Source of the DNA: Micavibrio sp. UBA6147
GTDB taxonomy: Bacteria; Pseudomonadota; Alphaproteobacteria; Micavibrionales; UBA1664
Reading direction: 5' to 3'
Assembly (NCBI GenBank): GCA_002423185.1
Contig: DIUX01000001.1
Span: 221,030-285,029, forward strand
DNA: 64,000 nt
Shown: one piece after another, positions 45,707-54,329 of the stretch
Layout of the letters: every line of letters begins with the position of its first letter
Position numbering within the stretch: the first letter of the stretch is position 1
Made by a program: the position numbers and the translations under genes
The notes under the pieces: model-generated
The model's database searches: none
Told to the model about the DNA's origin: nothing
What the model saw: the letters and a program-made list of their open reading frames with translations, nothing else

Positions 45707-45989
45707 GCTGTATCCTACGCAGTATGGCATACAGCTCTGGGTTTCACAACCTTATCATACCATAATATGCAGTCTGCACTGGTTGTATGATGCGCGCCTG
45801 TTTTATATGGACGCGCAAAATGGTTCTGCGTTTCGGTTTCTGGCCGAGTGACGGTTATGTTCAAAGCTCCGGTTTAAAGGCTGTCGAGTGTTTTCATGAC
45901 GGCGCAGTTGTGATTCCTAAATCGCCGGAAAGCCCCGCTGCTTCTGGGAACCCTAACGCATATCTTAAACAAAACGGAGAAAGTAAACA
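45707..45989 (+). promoter_or_regulatory. Conserved 5' leader, copy B (upstream of FG-GAP paralogue 2)
   Basis: Homologous to copies A and C. The hairpin GCTGTAT...ATACAGC corresponds to GCCGTA...TACGGC in copy A (compensatory changes). A GGAGA Shine-Dalgarno sequence lies 10 nt before the GTG of the main gene. Confidence 0.5.
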
Positions 45990-45993
45990 GTGA
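45787..45993 (+). CDS. Candidate small upstream ORF (68 aa) coupled to paralogue 2 by GTGA stop/start overlap
   Basis: MMRACFIWTRKMVLRFGFWPSDGYVQSSGLKAVECFHDGAVVIPKSPESPAASGNPNAYLKQNGESKQ. Against copy A, the DGYVQSSGLKAV and SPE blocks differ only at third codon positions, and one Arg/Lys codon is changed at all three positions (cgg vs aaa). The TGA at 45991-45993 overlaps the GTG at 45990. Confidence 0.45.
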   Translation: MMRACFIWTRKMVLRFGFWPSDGYVQSSGLKAVECFHDGAVVIPKSPESPAASGNPNAYLKQNGESKQ

Positions 45994-48053
45994 ACGTGTC
46001 CAATAAGAAAGCCCAAGAGTTGAGTATGACTATCATTTGCAACAATGTTTATTCTCGATCAAACAAGGGGGCTACAAAACAAAAGACGTTCCAAGGGTTC
46101 ACATCCATTGCTTTTTTCGCCTGCGTGTTTGTACTCATCATGATGGATACTGCAAGCGCGTCATGCCCAGTCTCTACCGCCGGACAATACATCCTGACCT
46201 ATAATAACGGCACGAAATTTATGGCCGCCTGTAAATATGGTGATTCCTTGCGCAATTTATGCGGCGTAACGGACGCGGCTTGCGCGGCAGGAGAAGAAGG
46301 TGACTTGGAATATAATACGGCGGGGAGTGTGCTGCGCTATTGCAACGGCACGAACTGGGTCAACGTGCAATGCGAAACGCTCACGTCCTGTGCCGGTACG
46401 ACGGCGGGCATGATTTCCGCCGATACGGAACGGATGAAGTACTGTAACGGTGCGACGTGGCAAGCCATGTATAATGACGGCATATGCGCCGGAATCGGTG
46501 TACAAGAGGCGATCTTAACCCCGAGCAACGCCACGGACGGCGATGACGCGCTTTATTTTACCTATATGAGCGGCCTTGCGATGACGGATGATTTCATGAT
46601 GGCGGGGGCGATTTATGCCGCACGTAACAAAACGCGCGATGGTGCAGTGACTGTGTATAAGCGCAGCGGCACAACATGGAACCGTGTCAAGGAACTTGTC
46701 CCCAGTGGTAGCGCAGCAAATCACTATTTCGGCGCCTCCATCGCTATGGACGGCGATTACGCAATCGTCGGAGCCTTTGGCGGAAGCCGTGTTCATTTCT
46801 TCAAAAAAGATCAAGGTGGCGCGGAAAATTGGGGCGAGCTGGTGATGCGCGCGGGGTCAGGCTACTCCGGTCTGTCTGTTGACCTTGATGGCGACAAGGC
46901 TATCGCGGGGGCGTATGGCGCCGATGGTGCAGCAGCGAATCAAGGCAATGCCCGTATTTACAGGCGCGATAAGGACGGCGCTGACGCTTGGGGGCAGGTT
47001 GTTATTCTCAATCACCCTGGTACGCCGCCGATCGCTAATGACAATATTGGGCGTTCCGCAGCGATATCGGGTGATATCGCTGCCGTTGGGAGCCATGTCG
47101 CGGATGAGCCGGGTTTCGTGGATACCGGTGTGGTCTGGCTCTACCAAGAAACATCTCAAGATAACTGGGCGTTGATCAAGAAACTCGTAAACCCCAACGG
47201 GGCGTCTGCGAGCAATTACTTCGGCTCTTCCGTGGACGTGAAGGATCTGGATGGTGACGGCACGGCTGATCGAGTTGTAATCGGAGCCTATGGTGACGAC
47301 ACCTATGGCAGCAATAAAGGCTCTTTGTTTGTGTATGAGCGCAATCAAGGCGGCGCCGATAATTGGGGGCAAATCAAGAAAGTCGTGCCAACGGTTGAGG
47401 AACACGGAGCCTATTTCGGCAGGTCTGTTGACCTTTCGGGGACAACGCTCGTGGCCGGCGCGGCGCGTGAAGATTCCAATGGTAACGATTCCGGTGCCGT
47501 ATATGTTTTCGAACGTGACCAAGGCGGCAGTGAGAATTGGGGGCAAGTCAAACGTATGACGGGCGAGAATGCCGGAGATCTTTACGGCTTCGAAGTTGCC
47601 ATTTCGGGGGATACGATGGTCATAGGGGCGCCTTATGAAGATACCGGCGGAACCAATCGCGGGGCTGTCTATGTCTATTACCGCGACAATGGTGGTGCGG
47701 GTAATTGGGGGCTGGAAAAGAAAATACCCTATGGTGGAGCCGGAGGTGCAGGAGATGCCTTTTTTGGCTGGGCGCTTGATTTATCGGGCGATATCTTGAT
47801 TGTCGGCGCACCGAATGACGACACCAATGCGAATAACAGCGGTTATACCTATGTCTATTCCCGCAACGAAGGCGGCAACGATAATTGGGGGCTTTTGGCG
47901 ACGATTGACCCGAATGTTCCGGGTGAGGGGGATTATTTCGGATACAGCGTTGCAGTGTCGGGAAATGTCGTTGCCGCAGGCGGCATTTATAATGATGATG
48001 CGGGCGTTGATGACGGTGCGGTATACGTGTTCGGCTGCCCGTCTGTGCCATAG
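45990..48053 (+). CDS. Secreted Cys-rich-module + FG-GAP beta-propeller repeat protein, paralogue 2 (short form, ~8 repeats)
   Basis: Same N-module (ASA|SCPVSTAGQYILTYNNGTKFMAACKYGDSLRNLCG...) and the same C-terminus (GAVYVFGCPSVP), but 687 aa. Relative to paralogue 3 it lacks about five central repeats. The GTG start is supported by homology of its Shine-Dalgarno context with copy A. Confidence 0.88.
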   Translation: MNVSNKKAQELSMTIICNNVYSRSNKGATKQKTFQGFTSIAFFACVFVLIMMDTASASCPVSTAGQYILTYNNGTKFMAACKYGDSLRNLCGVTDAACAAGEEGDLEYNTAGSVLRYCNGTNWVNVQCETLTSCAGTTAGMISADTERMKYCNGATWQAMYNDGICAGIGVQEAILTPSNATDGDDALYFTYMSGLAMTDDFMMAGAIYAARNKTRDGAVTVYKRSGTTWNRVKELVPSGSAANHYFGASIAMDGDYAIVGAFGGSRVHFFKKDQGGAENWGELVMRAGSGYSGLSVDLDGDKAIAGAYGADGAAANQGNARIYRRDKDGADAWGQVVILNHPGTPPIANDNIGRSAAISGDIAAVGSHVADEPGFVDTGVVWLYQETSQDNWALIKKLVNPNGASASNYFGSSVDVKDLDGDGTADRVVIGAYGDDTYGSNKGSLFVYERNQGGADNWGQIKKVVPTVEEHGAYFGRSVDLSGTTLVAGAAREDSNGNDSGAVYVFERDQGGSENWGQVKRMTGENAGDLYGFEVAISGDTMVIGAPYEDTGGTNRGAVYVYYRDNGGAGNWGLEKKIPYGGAGGAGDAFFGWALDLSGDILIVGAPNDDTNANNSGYTYVYSRNEGGNDNWGLLATIDPNVPGEGDYFGYSVAVSGNVVAAGGIYNDDAGVDDGAVYVFGCPSVP

Positions 48054-48164
48054 AGGGGGCGAATAAGGCGAATAAAGTGCACAACAAAAATAGGGTTGTT
48101 ATTGCTTTTTTAGGATTCGTGCTTCAAACTGAGGGAACAGGTTATCACTAATCAAAGATGTTTC

Positions 48165-51017
48165 ATGAGGATAAGCGGAAAAATTTTCGCTGCTGTGGCT
48201 GTTGTCTTTTGTGCGCTTGTGCCGCTTCGCGCGGTGCAGGCAACTTGCCCTGTGTCCGTCGCCGGACAATATATCATGACCTATAATAACGGCACGAAAT
48301 TCATGGCAGCGTGCAAGTTTGGTGACTCGCTGCGTAATTTATGCGGCGACCCTGCGGGGGTGTGTACAGCCGGCCAAGAAGGGGATGTCGAATATAATAC
48401 AGGGGGCAGTGTCCTGCGTTATTGTAACGGCAGTAACTGGGTCAATGTTCAATGCCAATCGCTTGGTTCTTGCGTCGGAACGGCGGCGGGAACAATCTCC
48501 GCCGATGCCACACAAATGAAATACTGCAACGGCACAACATGGCAAGCCATGTATAATGACGGCATTTGTACGGGGATCGGGGTGCAAGAAGCCACATTTT
48601 CTCCGTCAAACGCAACGGATGGAGAGGACGCTGTCCAATTCACCCACCCTAACGGTCTTGCCATGACGGATGCGTACATGATGGCGGGGTCGATGCTTGG
48701 TTCGCGTAACCGTCTGCGTGACGGGGCTGTAACGGTCTATAAACGCAGCGGCACAACATGGACACGGCTCAAGGAACTTGTTCCCACAGGCAACGGTGTT
48801 GCCCATTATTTCGGCAATGCTGTCGCCATGGATGGCGATTATGCGATTGTCGGCGCCTATGGCGGAAGCCGCGTCCATTTTTTCAAAAAAGATCATGGAG
48901 GAGCCGATAACTGGGGCGAATTGGTAATGCGCGGCGGATCGACATATTCCGGCATTGCTGTCGATCTGGATGGGGATCAGGCTATTGCAGGCGCGCACGG
49001 CGCGGACGGCGCGGCGACGAACCAAGGCAATGCCCGTATTTATAGGCGGGACAGCGGCGGCGCCGATGCATGGGGGCAAGTTGTTATCCTCACGCACCCT
49101 GGCACGCCGGTCATCAGCGATAACCTTGGTAACTCGGTGGCGATTGCCGCCGACATGGCCGCAATAGGCGGGCCGAATGTGGATGATTCCGGCGTTGCGA
49201 ATACGGGGGTCATCTGGCTGTACCAAGAAACATCGCTTGATAACTGGGTGATGTTGAAGAAATTTACCAACCCGAATGGCTTGGGGTCGAGTGATTATTT
49301 CGGGTCGAGTGTTGATCTGAAAGACCTTGATAATGACGGCACGGCGGATCGCATGGTGATCGGCGCGTACGCAGATGATGAAGGCGGCAGCAATAAAGGC
49401 ACAGTGTTTGTGTATGAACGCAATCAAGGCGGCGCCAATAATTGGGGCTTGGTCAAGCAAATCGATGATACGGCTTCACCGGCTACCTCACAGTATTTGG
49501 GGTTTAGCACCGTCCTTGGGGGGGATCGTGTTATCTCGGGCATTATTTTGGACGATACGCAAGGCAGCAATGCCGGTGCTTCCGTCGTTTTCGGCAAAGA
49601 TGTGGGCGGTGCCAATAACTGGGGTGTTGAACAATTCCTGTATGGCAGTCTTTCAAGCGCCAACGACCAACAAGGCAGAGTCGTCGCAATGGACGAATCC
49701 GGCACTTACGCCACAATGGGGTCAATGTACGAAGGGGAAAGAGGGGCGGCCTATACATACAGCCGTTCAGGCAGCACATGGACTCAGCGCCAGCGCACGC
49801 AACCCCATTCAGGCATTGAGCATTCGGTCAGGATGGGGGATGCCGTCGCGGCCTCGGGCGATTATGCCGCCACAGGCATTATTTATAAAACCGATTACTG
49901 GGTGGCGAATAAATGGACAGTCGTCGGCGGAGTCGATATTTACAAGCGCGCGCCGGACGCAACATGGTCGCTCGATAAGCACGTTTTGCCGCCGTCCCCC
50001 GCAAACTCGATGCAGTTTGGGCAGACGCTAGATATTTCGCCGGAATATTTGGTTGTCGGCGTGCCGGGCGATGATACGGGCGGCGGCGATTCCGGCGGCG
50101 CAATGCTCTTTGGCCGAAACGTCGGCGGAGCAGGAAATTGGGGCTTCAGCAAGCTCATCAAGCACGATTATGCGGCGGGCAGCCAAGACGCCGGAGCGGA
50201 AAACGGGATTGCGTTGTTTGGCGAATATATCGTTCTCGGCGTTGGCGGCGATAACCGAAGCCTCGTCTATCCTCAAGGAAGTGCCGGATCCGTCGCCATT
50301 TTTAAAAAGGATCAAGGCGGCGCGGATAACTGGGGGCAAATCAAAAAAGTCGTCCCAACGGTTGAGGAGCATGCCGCCTATTTCGGGCGGTCGGTTGATC
50401 TTGCGGGAACCACGCTGGTTGCTGGAGCCGCACGCGAAAACGCGAATGGTACGGATGCTGGGGCGATTTATATTTATGAACGTGACCAAGGGGGCGCGGA
50501 TAATTGGGGTTTGATCAAGCGTATGACCGGTGAGTCCGCGAGCGATCATTACGGATGGGAAGTCGCAGTGTCGGGCGACACGATGGCGATTGGTGCCCCC
50601 TATGACGATGACGCCGGAACAGACCGCGGCGCGGTGTATATTTATTATCGCGATAATGGCGGTTCGGGCAATTGGGGTCTGGAAAAGAAGATGGTCTATG
50701 ACGGGGCAAGCAGCGGCAATGCTCTGTTTGGTCGGGCGCTGGACTTGTCGGGCGATATTTTGATCATTGGCGCGCCCTATGACGACACCAATGTGACGGA
50801 TGGCGGCTATACCTATGTCTATTCCCGCAACGAAGGCGGCAACGATAACTGGGGACTTTTGGCGACGATTGACCCGAATGTTCCGGGGGTAGAGGACTTG
50901 TTTGGCTTCAGTGTCGCCGTGTCGGGAAATGTCGTTGCCGCAGGCGGAATCTATAACGACGATGCGGGCGTTGATGATGGCGCTATTTATGTGTTCGGCT
51001 GTCCGCCTGTGCCGTAA
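48165..51017 (+). CDS. Secreted Cys-rich-module + FG-GAP beta-propeller repeat protein, paralogue 3
   Basis: Signal peptide MRISGKIFAAVAVVFCALVPLRAVQA|TCP; 9-Cys module; 13 recognisable repeats; no Cys in the repeat region; ends GAIYVFGCPPVP. Confidence 0.9.
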   Translation: MRISGKIFAAVAVVFCALVPLRAVQATCPVSVAGQYIMTYNNGTKFMAACKFGDSLRNLCGDPAGVCTAGQEGDVEYNTGGSVLRYCNGSNWVNVQCQSLGSCVGTAAGTISADATQMKYCNGTTWQAMYNDGICTGIGVQEATFSPSNATDGEDAVQFTHPNGLAMTDAYMMAGSMLGSRNRLRDGAVTVYKRSGTTWTRLKELVPTGNGVAHYFGNAVAMDGDYAIVGAYGGSRVHFFKKDHGGADNWGELVMRGGSTYSGIAVDLDGDQAIAGAHGADGAATNQGNARIYRRDSGGADAWGQVVILTHPGTPVISDNLGNSVAIAADMAAIGGPNVDDSGVANTGVIWLYQETSLDNWVMLKKFTNPNGLGSSDYFGSSVDLKDLDNDGTADRMVIGAYADDEGGSNKGTVFVYERNQGGANNWGLVKQIDDTASPATSQYLGFSTVLGGDRVISGIILDDTQGSNAGASVVFGKDVGGANNWGVEQFLYGSLSSANDQQGRVVAMDESGTYATMGSMYEGERGAAYTYSRSGSTWTQRQRTQPHSGIEHSVRMGDAVAASGDYAATGIIYKTDYWVANKWTVVGGVDIYKRAPDATWSLDKHVLPPSPANSMQFGQTLDISPEYLVVGVPGDDTGGGDSGGAMLFGRNVGGAGNWGFSKLIKHDYAAGSQDAGAENGIALFGEYIVLGVGGDNRSLVYPQGSAGSVAIFKKDQGGADNWGQIKKVVPTVEEHAAYFGRSVDLAGTTLVAGAARENANGTDAGAIYIYERDQGGADNWGLIKRMTGESASDHYGWEVAVSGDTMAIGAPYDDDAGTDRGAVYIYYRDNGGSGNWGLEKKMVYDGASSGNALFGRALDLSGDILIIGAPYDDTNVTDGGYTYVYSRNEGGNDNWGLLATIDPNVPGVEDLFGFSVAVSGNVVAAGGIYNDDAGVDDGAIYVFGCPPVP

Positions 51018-51125
51018 TATTGTGAGCCGTTCGGCATCGCATCGTTATTGTTTTCTTAAAATAAATACGTCACAATAAAGGGGAGCATCTCTAACCACAG
51101 GGATGCCGTTTTTTATTCGGACAAA

Positions 51126-53999
51126 ATGAAGAAAATAGCTTGTCTGTTTTGGGCGCTCCTTGTTGTAATCCTGCCGTTTGAGGCGCGGGCAAGTTGTCCT
51201 GTGGCGGAGGCCGGACAATACATCATGACGTATAACAGCGGCACGAAATATATGTCGGCCTGTAAATTCGGCGATTCCTTGCGTAATTTATGCGGCAATG
51301 TCGGCGTGTCCTGCACGGCGGGGCAAGAAGGCGACGTTGAATACAGCGCCGCCGGAACGGTTTTGCGCTATTGCAACGGGAGTAACTGGATCAACGTCCA
51401 GTGCGAGGCGCTCGGATCCTGTGTCGGCACGGCGGCGGGGACGATTTCCGCCGACACGACGCAAATGAAATACTGCAACGGCACGACATGGCAAGCCATG
51501 TATAATGACGGAATATGCGTCGGTATCGGGGTGCAAGAAGCGGTCTTCACACCCACTGGCGCATCGCACGGTCAAAACACCATGTATTACGGGTGGGAAG
51601 ACCAAATCGCGATGACCGATGACTATGCCGCGGTCGGCTCGCAATTCGCCACGCGGGTCAGGCTTCGTGACGGCGCGGTGACGATGTATAAACGCACCGG
51701 CGCGGCATGGGCACGAATCAAGGAGCTTGTCCCCAGTGTGTATGGTGTGACTCATTATTTCGGCAATTCCGTGTCGATGGATGGCGATTACATTATGGTC
51801 GGGGCGTATAGCGCCAACCGCGCCTTCATTTTCAAAAAAGACCAAGGCGGCGCCGATAACTGGGGTGAGATTGCCGTGCGGTCGGGCAGTCAATATCACG
51901 GTTTCTCCGTCGATATCGAAGGTGACAAAGCCATAGCCGGAAGCCCCTATCACGGTACCGCAAGCTCGGGCTCTGGCTACCGCCAAGGCCGCGCCCGAAT
52001 TTATCGCAAGGATCGAAGCGGTGTCGATGCATGGGGCGAGGTTGTTATTTTGGAAAATCCTGAGGTTGCGCCGGTTGCGTCGGATCGTTTCGGTGACACG
52101 GTCGCCATCGCGGGCGATATTGCTGTGGTCGCCAGCCCCTATCAGAACGAGGGCGGTATCGGCGACGCTGGTGCGGTCTGGCTATACCGTGAAACGGCCT
52201 TGGACACATGGTCTTTGCTCAAGAAAATCACCAACCCCAACGGGCTGGGGTCGAGTGACCTTTTCGGCTATGCCGTCGACATCAAGGATAACGACGGCAA
52301 CGGCACCGCCGACCGTTTGGTTGTGTCGGCGCTGAGCGACGACGATTTCGGGAGCAATAAAGGTACGATCTTCGTTTTCGAGCGCGACCAAGGCGGCGCG
52401 AATAATTGGGGCTTGGTCACGCATACGGGTGACCGCACAAACGCAAATCCAACCACGGTGGAGATCGGCCGTGGTCTTAGCTTGACGACCAATAATAAAA
52501 TGATTGTTGGTGTCCGCGCCAATGACGACCAAGGCGTTGATGCCGGCGCGGCGATCATCTTCGGCAAGGATACGGGCGGCGCCAATAACTGGGGGATCGA
52601 AGAATATATCTATGCTGGTGACCCTGCGGTGCGCAATGAATTCGGGCGCGCCGTGGCGTTTTCGGAAACAGGCGCCTATGCCATGGCGTCCGCCCCGTTT
52701 GACATTACGAACGACCCCGTGGCCGGTGCCGCCTATATCTTCAGCCGTTCCGGCACGACCTCAACACAGCGCGCCAAACTTGCCCCCACATCCTCCATCG
52801 AATATTCGGTACGGATGGGCGACTCCGTGGCGGTGTCGGGCGACTATGCCGCTGTCGGCATCATCTATAAAACTGATTTGTGGAACACATTGCGCACCCG
52901 CGCCACAGGCGGTGTAAACATTTATAAACGCGCCGCGAATGCAACGTGGTCATTGGAAAAACACATCACGCCTGAAACCCCCTATGGGGACGGGCATTTC
53001 GGAATTACGGTTGACATCTCGCCCGAATTTTTGGCCGTCGCCGTGCCGGGGGATAACGCGGGTGCCAGCGATTCCGGCGCCATCATGCTCTACAGCCGCA
53101 ACCACGGCGGCGTCGGCAATTGGGGCGAGTTTAAAAAGCTCAAAGCCCTCGACCGACAAGCAAGCGATGTTATGGGCTCTGAAAATGGCCTCAGCCTGTT
53201 TGGTGACTACATTGTCGCAGGGGCGCTTGGCGATGACGGAACACTTGTTTCGCCGCAGGGTAACTCAGGATCTGCCTATATTTTCAACCGCAATCAAGGC
53301 GGTGCGGATAATTGGGGACAGGTCAAAAAGCTCATTCCGCCTGTTGACGAACATGAGGCTCGCTTCGGCAACGCCGTTGATATGGGGGGCAACATCATCG
53401 CCGTTGCCTCTCGGATTGAGGATGCAAACGGCGTAAACTCGGGCGCAGTCTATTTGTTTTCAAAGGATCAAGGCGGCACGAATAACTGGGGGCAAATCAA
53501 GAAATTTGTCGGTGAGGCCGCCAACGACCATTTCGGCTATGACGTGGCGGTGTCGGGCGACACGGTCGCGGTCGGCGCTCCGTATCAAGACGCTGCCGGA
53601 ACGGATCGTGGCGCCGTTTATCTCTATTACAAAGACCAAGGCGGCGCGGGCAATTGGGGCTTGTTCAAAAAACTCAATTACCCAGGGGTCAGCTCAGGCA
53701 ACGCCTTGTTCGGGTTCCAGATCGACCTCGCGGGCGATATTTTGATTGTCGGCGCGCCGTATGACGACACAAACTTGACCGATGCGGGCTATGTGTACGT
53801 GTTTTCGCGCAACGAGGGCGGTAACGATAATTGGGGGCAACTCGCCACCATCGTGCCGAACACCCCAGGCGAAACGGACTATTTCGGCTACAGCGTGTCC
53901 GTGTCCGGTAACGTCGTCGCAGGGGGCGGCTTGTATAACGATGATGGCGGCAAGGATGACGGGTCGGTGTATTTGTTCGGTTGTCCGCCGACGCCTTAG
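51126..53999 (+). CDS. Secreted Cys-rich-module + FG-GAP beta-propeller repeat protein, paralogue 4
   Basis: Signal peptide MKKIACLFWALLVVILPFEARA|SCP, with the same module and repeats. It ends GSVYLFGCPPTP. Confidence 0.9.
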   Translation: MKKIACLFWALLVVILPFEARASCPVAEAGQYIMTYNSGTKYMSACKFGDSLRNLCGNVGVSCTAGQEGDVEYSAAGTVLRYCNGSNWINVQCEALGSCVGTAAGTISADTTQMKYCNGTTWQAMYNDGICVGIGVQEAVFTPTGASHGQNTMYYGWEDQIAMTDDYAAVGSQFATRVRLRDGAVTMYKRTGAAWARIKELVPSVYGVTHYFGNSVSMDGDYIMVGAYSANRAFIFKKDQGGADNWGEIAVRSGSQYHGFSVDIEGDKAIAGSPYHGTASSGSGYRQGRARIYRKDRSGVDAWGEVVILENPEVAPVASDRFGDTVAIAGDIAVVASPYQNEGGIGDAGAVWLYRETALDTWSLLKKITNPNGLGSSDLFGYAVDIKDNDGNGTADRLVVSALSDDDFGSNKGTIFVFERDQGGANNWGLVTHTGDRTNANPTTVEIGRGLSLTTNNKMIVGVRANDDQGVDAGAAIIFGKDTGGANNWGIEEYIYAGDPAVRNEFGRAVAFSETGAYAMASAPFDITNDPVAGAAYIFSRSGTTSTQRAKLAPTSSIEYSVRMGDSVAVSGDYAAVGIIYKTDLWNTLRTRATGGVNIYKRAANATWSLEKHITPETPYGDGHFGITVDISPEFLAVAVPGDNAGASDSGAIMLYSRNHGGVGNWGEFKKLKALDRQASDVMGSENGLSLFGDYIVAGALGDDGTLVSPQGNSGSAYIFNRNQGGADNWGQVKKLIPPVDEHEARFGNAVDMGGNIIAVASRIEDANGVNSGAVYLFSKDQGGTNNWGQIKKFVGEAANDHFGYDVAVSGDTVAVGAPYQDAAGTDRGAVYLYYKDQGGAGNWGLFKKLNYPGVSSGNALFGFQIDLAGDILIVGAPYDDTNLTDAGYVYVFSRNEGGNDNWGQLATIVPNTPGETDYFGYSVSVSGNVVAGGGLYNDDGGKDDGSVYLFGCPPTP

Positions 54000-54151
54000 C
54001 GGGCACTATGAGATTTGTTTTTTGTGTAACACGTTTAGTATAGATTGGGTTGAGCTTGATTGTTTCGTTTAGTATTTTTGTTTTATAAAAAACAACCTTG
54101 CCGTTCTTCCACTATTCTTCTACTGTCTGTGATGGATCGTGGGGTGTCTGC

Positions 54152-54325
54152 GGTCTGGGGACTAAGAAACCCCGATAGAATGCAGCTTGTGCAACTGTTT
54201 TGCACTCCTCGGCGTATGGTCGGGGAGGCTATGGCGTATGTACAGCCTTTGGTAAAGGCCATAGCGACCCTTCATTCTATGGGTTTTCTTACTCCCCGAT
54301 CACCTAAAGGTCAGGGGACAGCACA
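54152..54325 (+). promoter_or_regulatory. Conserved 5' leader, copy C (upstream of FG-GAP paralogue 5)
   Basis: This is the more diverged copy. ATGCAGCTTGTGCAACTG corresponds to ATGCGGCCCGCACCGG, and CTATGGCGTATGTACAGCCTTTGGTAAAGGCCATAG corresponds to GACGGTTATGTCCAAAGCTCCGGCTTAAAAGCCGTC. Confidence 0.45.
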
Positions 54326-54329
54326 ATGA
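54216..54329 (+). CDS. Candidate small upstream ORF (33-38 aa) coupled to paralogue 5 by ATGA stop/start overlap
   Basis: MVGEAMAYVQPLVKAIATLHSMGFLTPRSPKGQGTAQ is in the same frame as, and shares the motif of, the copy A/B peptides (YVQ...KA(V/I)..(F/L)H.......(R/K)SP(E/K)). GGGGAGG lies just upstream of the second ATG (54231). The TGA at 54327-54329 overlaps the ATG at 54326. Confidence 0.4.
   Translation: MVGEAMAYVQPLVKAIATLHSMGFLTPRSPKGQGTAQ

Noticed and set aside
48054-48164. Intrinsic terminators in the short spacers between FG-GAP genes 2/3 and 3/4. An example is GCATC...GATGC followed by a T-run at about 51085-51110.
   Set aside because: The stems are only ~5 bp and imperfect. I could not decide whether these are terminators, so the three-transcription-unit model is stated as inference only.
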